Assembly (NCBI GenBank): GCA_040954595.2 | Contig: CM082579.2 | Span: 3,585,227 to 3,649,226 of the forward strand | From: Balanoglossus misakiensis | Taxonomy: Eukaryota > Animalia > Hemichordata | Direction of reading: 5' to 3' | DNA length: 64,000 bases | Shown here: positions 55,401 through 64,000 of the stretch, one piece after another | Numbering within the stretch: position 1 is the first letter of the stretch | How the letters are laid out: each line of letters opens with the position of its first letter | Made by a program: the position numbers and the translations under genes | The notes under the pieces: model-generated | Told to the model about the DNA's origin: nothing | What the model saw: the letters and a program-made list of their open reading frames with translations, nothing else | Database searches by the model: none

Positions 55401-57845
55401 TAAACTTGAGTGGGGGCACTGATTGTGAAGTGTCCATTTGCAGCCTGTTTGTAAACAGATGAGCTGAAATATCAAACACGTGCAGCAAGTTATATTCTAA
55501 TGGAAACCATTTTGAGAAGACCGAGGGAGTATTTACCGTGAATTTAACATACGATATCCTTGCAACTAAGCCTAATGGTAACAATTCAGAAAATGTTGAC
55601 TTAAAAAGATTCTCCCGCGGTAAAATCCACATTTATTTTATTTAGATGCTTATATAATTGCAACCACTTTGGGGAGAAGAACGGGCTTAAAAATAAACAA
55701 TATGATGTTATTATTAAATTTTTAAATTGAAGATGTGGGCGATGCTCTGAAAGCTACAGGTAACCACGCAACATTTTTGTAAACAGGATTCCTCCGTGGA
55801 TCAAAAGAGCTGAAATGGTAAATTGGGAAACGCGGTGGTCAGCGCTGTACGTTTGTTTTCAAGAAACAAATCAAACGCTTCCCCTTTGCAATCTCCGCTG
55901 GATGAGTAACGCAGGAAATGGGCTCCCAGTGGATACTCACAAGGGTTGTATTTAGGTATTAGCGTTCCTAATTACATCAAAGGCCATGTTTAATTGAAAG
56001 CCGGGCCTCGCGTCCCACTTAAAGATGATTGCATTTCTGTGGAACAGGTATTAGTGACGTCACAAGAAAGACGACCAGCCAGCGAGTTCAAGGTACAGTG
56101 CTATTGAAAGAGCTTTATCTGAGAAATCCTTCATCAACACCCGGTCATCACTTAAAGAGGGACGGGATGCTCTGATGGTGGGCTTGAACCCCCCCCCCCC
56201 CCTCTCTCTCTCTCTCGTCAGCGTGTGCTCATGGGACCCGTCAAACCGGAAATGACATCAGGCGTACACGGCAACGTACGCGACGAAAGTGAAAAAAAAA
56301 AACGTTTGGCACGGTGATCAATGCATTAGTGACATGCTGGAGCCCCTCTGGCTCGCTGCATTAACATTGTAGGTAAAATGCGCTTGCAGAGAAAGTGTGC
56401 ACTGTAAGTCTTTAAGTAATCAGTAGATAGAAGGTTGTCTATATTTTCTAAGATTACATTTCATTGCCAATTTCCTTGGCTTCTCGTTTGTTGTGGCGCG
56501 CAAAAAACATTACATCGTCTTCTCCTTGCACGATTTCCGGCAATGGCCGTACTTTGCATTTCATTTGAGAAAAAAAATATCTCTGATTTATTCAAGTTCT
56601 CCGACTCTAACTAGCGTGTTAGGAACTCTAGCACAATGATCCAACATGTGTTTTACATTTCTGCCGAAAGAGAAGAAAATCAAAGACACGCGACACTAAT
56701 GGAAGTCTCAACTTCGTCTAATTAGAAGCTTCGGGGACCATACATGCACCCCAGTCCCCTTTAGCGTATGGCATAAATGCACTCTAAATATTAAAGATAT
56801 ATGGATGGATCTGAAGTCTTCACTCATCTTTTCCCAATTTCTCAAATTGAATCACCTATAAGAAACTGTTCAATAATTGTATGGCACTAATGACATCATA
56901 CTATCTGGTATTTATTTGTTTGTTTATTTTTATCTATTTATATATTAATTTACGTCACGCACATTACAACTAGAGCAACATTTACGAATCATTTACGAAT
57001 TAACTAATTGGCGTCTCTCTGACGCAGGTACTTCGGAGTCAACAAAGAATTGACATTTGCCTAACGATCAGAATAATTACATGTAAATGTTGAGATTGCT
57101 GGAAGCAAAGACAAGTCTCTCCAGGAAATAAGGGTGTTGCCAAATGAACAAACAAAACAGAGCCCCTGGATACGTTTTGTGTGCAGTCACGTTTTTGGAC
57201 ATCATGTGGCGTCATGGGTCCAGCTAGTAGAGGTAGTGTTTGGGGAATATCTCAAGGGGGGGGGGGGGGGCAGCATACATTTTAGAAATATATTTAAAAG
57301 CAGCCAGCTAAATCTCCATAATCCGATGCTTAGTGCCCGTCTGTTCAAGGCAAACGCGCAAATAGATTAAAACGGAACATGACAAAATTTACTTCAGCCT
57401 AATAGTTCTTGCGCCTCAATTTATCATCATTACTTGGATGAATCGGAAATGTCGCGATAATTTATTTTTGTGAAAGAGATAAATGAACACTGATCAAATT
57501 AAAAAAAAATCTGTAAAAAAACCTTTTTGACATGTCTGGTTTCGTTGTTTCAACGTAAGTGCAAGCGGGTCTAATGTGTTTCCCTAGGGGCCGTACTCTC
57601 CATAGAGAATGCGACATACCGGAATGATTTTGCGTAGTAATGTGCACAACTCGCGGCAAAGATAAGTCGCTAATTTTCCCGTCGTTTCTGATGCCTGTTG
57701 AATAAATAGCGGTCTGTAGGAGAGATCATTCTTTTGAAAAGCTCACATTGACCAGATTCGACAAAACCACCTGATGTTTTTGTTTTTTGATATTAATCTC
57801 TGAATTATCGTCCCGTATAAAAAAAACCTGGATCACGGGTGAATG

Positions 57846-57967
57846 CATTCTCCACGCAGACACTTGGAGTGGATAATTCTAGCCTAGCTAAGGGGTCTGA
57901 CCAATAGCCACTAAATAGCGGCTATTGGTCGGACTCCCTAGCAAGGTTAGTTTCTGCGTGGAGAATG
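57846..57967. mobile_element. Nested inverted repeats (probable MITE inserted in an older palindromic element)
   Basis: Outer arms CATTCTCCACGCAGACACT (57846-57864) and AGTTTCTGCGTGGAGAATG (57949-57967), 1 mismatch. Inner ~35-bp arms ~57879-57913 and ~57916-57950, with TA at both ends. Confidence 0.6.
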
Positions 57968-58329
57968 GGGTGAATGGACAACAGGAAGTCATTTACCTGT
58001 TTACAAAGTTCGCTGGCGTTTTGTGGGTGAGTCCGTTCTGTGGACGATTGGGCTATATCCGCGCTGGAACTTGGATCTACGTAAATTTAGGATTTGAAAG
58101 AAAAAAATTCCGAGAAAAAACGGTGTTTCGGAATAAACGAGAAATCAGCAAAGAGGTAATCTCATTTCAACGGGGGATATCGAGTATCCCAGATTTGAGA
58201 GGGTTAGCTGGATAAAATTTCAAAATGCGCCTCCTAATCTGCTAACTGCCTGGCTTATAGCAGGAAACGAGAATTTTAAATGTGAAAATTTAGCCAAGAA
58301 ACGGCACCTGGAACTTCGACAACGGTAGG

Positions 58330-61300
58330 TAACCCATGATTTTTTCAAAAATCGACGAAATTTTGAGATTTCGAAAAGTCGAAAAATCGTCAATTTTTGA
58401 TGATTTTCCTGAGCTATAACCCATGATTTTTTCAAAAATCGACGAAATTTTGAGATTTCGAAAAGTCGAAAAATCGTCAATTTTTGATGATTTTCCTGAG
58501 CTATAACCCATGATTTTTTCAAAAATCGACGAAATTTTGAGATTTCGAAAAGTCGAAAATTCGTCAATTTTTGATGATTTTCCTGAGCTATAACCCATGA
58601 TTTTTTCAAAAATCGACGAAATTTTGAGATTTCGAAAAGTCGAAAAATCGTCAATTTTTGATGATTTTCCTGAGCTATAACCCATGATTTTTTCAAAAGT
58701 CGACGAAATTTTGAGATTTCGAAAAGTCGAAAAATCGTCAATTTTTGATGATTTTCCTGAGCTATAACCCATGATTTTTTCAAAAATCGACGAAATTTTG
58801 AGATTTCGAAAAGTCGAAAAATCGTCAATTTTTGATGATTTTCCTGAGCTATAACCCATGATTTTTTCAAAAATCGACGAAATTTTGAGATTTGGAAAAG
58901 TCGAAAAATCGTCAATTTTTGATGATTTTCCTGAGCTATAACCCATGATTTTTTCAAAAATCGACGAAATTTTGAGATTTGGAAAAGTCGAAAAATCGTC
59001 AATTTTTGATGATTTTCCTGAGCTATAACCCATGATTTTTTCAAAAATCGACGAAATTTTGAGATTTGGAAAAGTCGAAAAATCGTCAATTTTTGATGAT
59101 TTTCCTGAGCTATAACCCATGATTTTTTCAAAAATCGACGAAATTTTGAGATTTCGAAAAGTCGAAAAATCGTCAATTTTTGATGATTTTCCTGAGCTAT
59201 AACCCATGATTTTTTCAAAAATCGACGAAATTTTGAGATTTCGAAAAGTCGAAAAATCGTCAATTTTTGATGATTTTCCTGAGCTATAACCAACGATTTT
59301 TTCAAAAATCGACGAAATTTTGAGATTTCGAAAAGTCGAAAAATCGTCAATTTTTGATGATTTTCCTGAGCTATAACCCATGATTTTTTCAAAAATCGAC
59401 GAAATTTTGAGATTTCGAAAAGTCGAAAAATCGTCAATTTTTGATGATTTTCCTGAGCTATAACCCATGATTTTTTCAAAAATCGACGAAATTTTGAGAT
59501 TTCGAAAAGTCGAAAAATCGTCAATTTTTGATGATTTTCCTGAGCTATAACCCATGATTTTTTCAAAAATCGACGAAATTTTGAGATTTCGAAAAGTCGA
59601 AAAATCGTCAATTTTTGATGATTTTCCTGAGCTATAACCCATGATTTTTTCAAAAATCGACGAAATTTTGAGATTTCGAAAAGTCGAAAAATCGTCAATT
59701 TTTGATGATTTTCCTGAGCTATAACCCATGATTTTTTATAAAATCGACGAAATTTTGAGATTTGGAAAAGTCGAAAAATCGTCAATTTTTGATGATTTTC
59801 CTGAGCTATAACCCATGATTTTTTCAAAAATCGACGAAATTTTGAGATTTGGAAAAGTCGAAAAATCGTCAATTTTTGATGATTTTCCTGAGCTATAACC
59901 CATGATTTTTTCAAAAATCGACGAAATTTTGAGATTTCGAAAAGTCGAAAAATCGTCAATTTTTGATGATTTTCCTGAGCTATAACCCATGATTTTTTCA
60001 AAAATCGACGAAATTTTGAGATTTGGAAAAGTCGAAAAATCGTCAATTTTTGATGATTTTCCTGAGCTATAACCCATGATTTTTTCAAAAATCGACGAAA
60101 TTTTGAGATTTCGAAAAGTCGAAAAATCGTCAATTTTTGATGATTTTCCTGAGCTATAACCCATGATTTTTTCAAAAATCGACGAAATTTTGAGATTTCG
60201 AAAAGTCGAAAAATCGTCAATTTTTGATGATTTTCCTGAGCTATAACCCATGATTTTTTCAAAAATCGACGAAATTTTGAGATTTCGAAAAGTCGAAAAA
60301 TCGTCAATTTTTGATGATTTTCCTGAGCTATAACCCATGATTTTTTCAAAAATCGACGAAATTTTGAGATTTCGAAAAGTCGAAAAATCGTCAATTTTTG
60401 ATGATTTTCCTGAGCTATAACCCATGATTTTTTCAAAAATCGACGAAATTTTGAGATTTGGAAAAGTCGAAAAATCGTCAATTTTTGATGATTTTCCTGA
60501 GCTATAACCCATGATTTTTTCAAAAATCGACGAAATTTTGAGATTTGGAAAACTCGAAAAATCGTCAATTTTTGATGATTTTCCTGAGCTATAACCCATG
60601 ATTTTTTCAAAAATCGACGAAATTTTGAGATTTGGAAAACTCGAAAAATCGTCAATTTTTGATGATTTTCCTGAGCTATAACCCATGATTTTTTCAAAAA
60701 TCGACGAAATTTTGAGATTTCGAAAAGTCGTCAATTTTTGATGATTTTCCTGAGCTATAACCCATGATTTTTTCAAAAATCGACGAAATTTTGAGATTTC
60801 GAAAAGTCGAAAAATCGTCAATTTTTGATGATTTTCCTGAGCTATAACCCATGATTTTTTCAAAAATCGACGAAATTTTGAGATTTCGAAAAGTCGAAAA
60901 ATCGTCAATTTTTGATGATTTTCCTGAGCTATAACCCATGATTTTTTCAAAAATCGACGAAATTTTGAGATTTCGAAAAGTCGAAAAATCGTCAATTTTT
61001 GATGATTTTCCTGAGCTATAACCCATGATTTTTTATAAAATCGACGAAATTTTGAGATTTCGAAAAGTCGAAAAATCGTCAATTTTTGATGATTTTCCTG
61101 AGCTATAACCCATGATTTTTTCAAAAATCGACGAAATTTTGAGATTTCGAAAAGTCGAAAAATCGTCAATTTTTGATGATTTTCCTGAGCTATAACCCAT
61201 GATTTTTTCAAAAATCGACGAAATTTTGAGATTTCGAAAAGTCGAAAAATCGTCAATTTTTGATGATTTTCCTGAGCTATAACCCATGATTTTTTCAAAA

Positions 61301-64000
61301 ATCGACGAAATTTTGAGATTTCGAAAAGTCGAAAAATCGTCAATTTTTGATGATTTTCCTGAGCTATAACCCATGATTTTTTCAAAAATCGACGAAATTT
61401 TGAGATTTCGAAAAGTCGAAAAATCGTCAATTTTTGATGATTTTCCTGAGCTATAACCCATGATTTTTTCAAAAATCGACGAAATTTTGAGATTTCGAAA
61501 AGTCGAAAAATCGTCAATTTTTGATGATTTTCCTGAGCTATAACCCATGATTTTTTCAAAAATCGACGAAATTTTGAGATTTCGAAAAGTCGAAAAATCG
61601 TCAATTTTTGATGATTTTCCTGAGCTATAACCCATGATTTTTTCAAAAATCGACGAAATTTTGAGATTTCGAAAAGTCGAAAAATCGTCAATTTTTGATG
61701 ATTTTCCTGAGCTATAACCCATGATTTTTTCAAAAATCGACGAAATTTTGAGATTTCGAAAAGTCGAAAAATCGTCAATTTTTGATGATTTTCCTGAGCT
61801 ATAACCCATGATTTTTTCAAAAATCGACGAAATTTTGAGATTTCGAAAAGTCGAAAAATCGTCAATTTTTGATGATTTTCCTGAGCTATAACCCATGATT
61901 TTTTCAAAAATCGACGAAATTTTGAGATTTCGAAAAGTCGAAAAATCGTCAATTTTTGATGATTTTCCTGAGCTATAACCCATGATTTTTTCAAAAATCG
62001 ACGAAATTTTGAGATTTCGAAAAGTCGAAAAATCGTCAATTTTTGATGATTTTCCTGAGCTATAACCCATGATTTTTTCAAAAATCGACGAAATTTTGAG
62101 ATTTGGAAAACTCGAAAAATCGTCAATTTTTGATGATTTTCCTGAGCTATAACCCATGATTTTTTCAAAAATCGACGAAATTTTGAGATTTGGAAAACTC
62201 GAAAAATCGTCAATTTTTGATGATTTTCCTGAGCTATAACCCATGATTTTTTCAAAAATCGACGAAATTTTGAGATTTGGAAAACTCGAAAAATCGTCAA
62301 TTTTTGATGATTTTCCTGAGCTATAACCCATGATTTTTTCAAAAATCGACGAAATTTTGAGATTTCGAAAACTCGAAAAATCGTCAATTTTTGATGATTT
62401 TCCTGAGCTATAACCCATGATTTTTTCAAAAATCGACGAAATTTTGAGATTTCGAAAACTCGAAAAATCGTCAATTTTTGATGATTTTCCTGAGCTATAA
62501 CCCATGATTTTTTCAAAAATCGACGAAATTTTGAGATTTCGAAAACTCGAAAAATCGTCAATTTTTGATGATTTTCCTGAGCTATAACCCATGATTTTTT
62601 CAAAAATCGACGAAATTTTGAGATTTCGAAAACTCGAAAAATCGTCAATTTTTGATGATTTTCCTGAGCTATAACCCATGATTTTTTCAAAAATCGACGA
62701 AATTTTGAGATTTCGAAAAGTCGAAAAATCGTCAATTTTTGATGATTTTCCTGAGCTATAACCCATGATTTTTTCAAAAATCGACGAAATTTTGAGATTT
62801 CGAAAAGTCGAAAAATCGTCAATTTTTGACGATTTTCCTGAGCTATAACCCATGATTTTTTCAAAAATCGACGAAATTTTGAGATTTCGAAAAGTCGAAA
62901 AATCGTCAATTTTTGACGATTTTCCTGAGCTATAACCCATGATTTTTTCAAAAATCGACGAAATTTTGAGATTTCGAAAAGTCGAAAAATCGTCAATTTT
63001 TGATGATTTTCCTGAGCTATAACCCATGATTTTTTCAAAAATCGACGAAATTTTGAGATTTCGAAAAGTCGAAAAATCGTCAATTTTTGACGATTTTCCT
63101 GAGCTATAACCCATGATTTTTTCAAAAATCGACGAAATTTTGAGATTTCGAAAGTCGAAAAATCGTCAATTTTTGATGATTTTCCTGAGCTATAACCCAT
63201 GATTTTTTCAAAAATCGACGAAATTTTGAGATTTCGAAAAAGTCGAAAATCGTCAATTTTTGATGATTTCCTGAGCTATAACCCATGATTTTTTCAAAAT
63301 CGACGGAAATTTTGAGATTTCGAAAAGTCGAAAAATCGTCAATTTTTGATGATTTTCCTGAGCTATAACCCATGATTTTTTCAAAAATCGACGAAATTTT
63401 GAGATTTCGAAAAGTCGAAAAATCGTCAATTTTTGATGATTTTCCTGAGCTATAACCCATGGATTTTTTCAAAAATCGACGAAATTTTGAGATTTCGAAA
63501 AGTCGAAAAATCGTCAATTTTTGATGATTTTCCTGAGCTATAACCCATGATTTTTTCAAAAATCGACGAAATTTGAGATTTCAAAAAGTCGAAAAATCGT
63601 CAATTTTGATGATTTTCCTGAGCTATAACCCATGATTTTTTCAAAATCGACGAAATTTTGAGATTTCGAAAAGTCGAAAAATCGTCAATTTTTGATGATT
63701 TTCCTGAGCTATAACCCATGATTTTTCAAAAATCGACGAAATTTTGAGATTTCGAAAAGTCGAAAAATCGTCAATTTTTGATGATTTTCCTGAGCTATAA
63801 CCCATGATTTTTTCAAAAATCGACGAAATTTTGAGATTTCGAAAACTCGAAAAATCGTCAATTTTGATGATTTTCCTGAGCTATAACCCATGATTTTTTC
63901 AAAAATCGACGAAATTTTGAGATTTGGAAAACTCGAAAAATCGTCAATTTTTGATGATTTTCCTGAGCTATAACCCATGATTTTTTCAAAAATCGACGAA
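58330..64000. repeat. 87-bp tandem satellite array, about 65 near-identical copies, continues past the window end
   Basis: Monomer AACCCATGATTTTTTCAAAAATCGACGAAATTTTGAGATTTCGAAAAGTCGAAAAATCGTCAATTTTTGATGATTTTCCTGAGCTAT, about 30% GC; matches the 29-aa periodicity in the ORF track. Confidence 0.98.

Noticed and set aside
52440-57840. Short ORFs in the GPCR downstream region as TM4-TM7 exons, or tRNA/snoRNA genes
   Set aside because: No hydrophobic helices with CWxP or NPxxY motifs, and no convincing cloverleaf or paired C/D boxes found by eye.
58369-58386. CENP-B box-like TTCGAAAAGTCG
   Set aside because: Spacing and the required A and CGGG positions do not fit NTTCGNNNNANNCGGGN.
58330-64000. 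CRISPR array or giant repeat-protein gene
   Set aside because: No unique spacers and no cas genes in a eukaryotic context; variants include nonsense and frameshift changes, as expected for a non-coding satellite.

Overview
Eukaryotic, intron-rich animal DNA; the gene content suggests an invertebrate such as a marine deuterostome, but the species cannot be fixed from sequence alone. From left to right: (1) three tandem minus-strand secreted S8A subtilases of the proteinase K/aqualysin type (1-13.7 kb; the leftmost is cut by the window edge); (2) an unresolved intergenic stretch (14.2-17.5 kb); (3) a compact alternating-strand block of EXD1 (+), NKRF (-), PDZD8 (+), NFXL1 (-) and PIBF1 (+); (4) the first coding exon (TM1-TM3) of a prokineticin-receptor-like class A GPCR; (5) a homogeneous 87-bp tandem satellite of about 65 copies running off the right edge. 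The most notable details are an 86-bp MITE with a 9-bp target duplication whose empty site survives in the paralogs, a GATA + half E-box + TCCCACGG promoter module shared by all three proteases, a remodelled substrate-binding strand in one protease copy, conserved GC-AG and 3'UTR introns, long hairpins at 41.65 kb and 57.85 kb, and a palindromic, internally duplicated, CpG-preserving satellite monomer. No clear-cut novel multi-gene system could be demonstrated; the best leads are the protease cluster and the satellite with its flanking hairpin. Exon coordinates were read by eye and may be off by a few bases.
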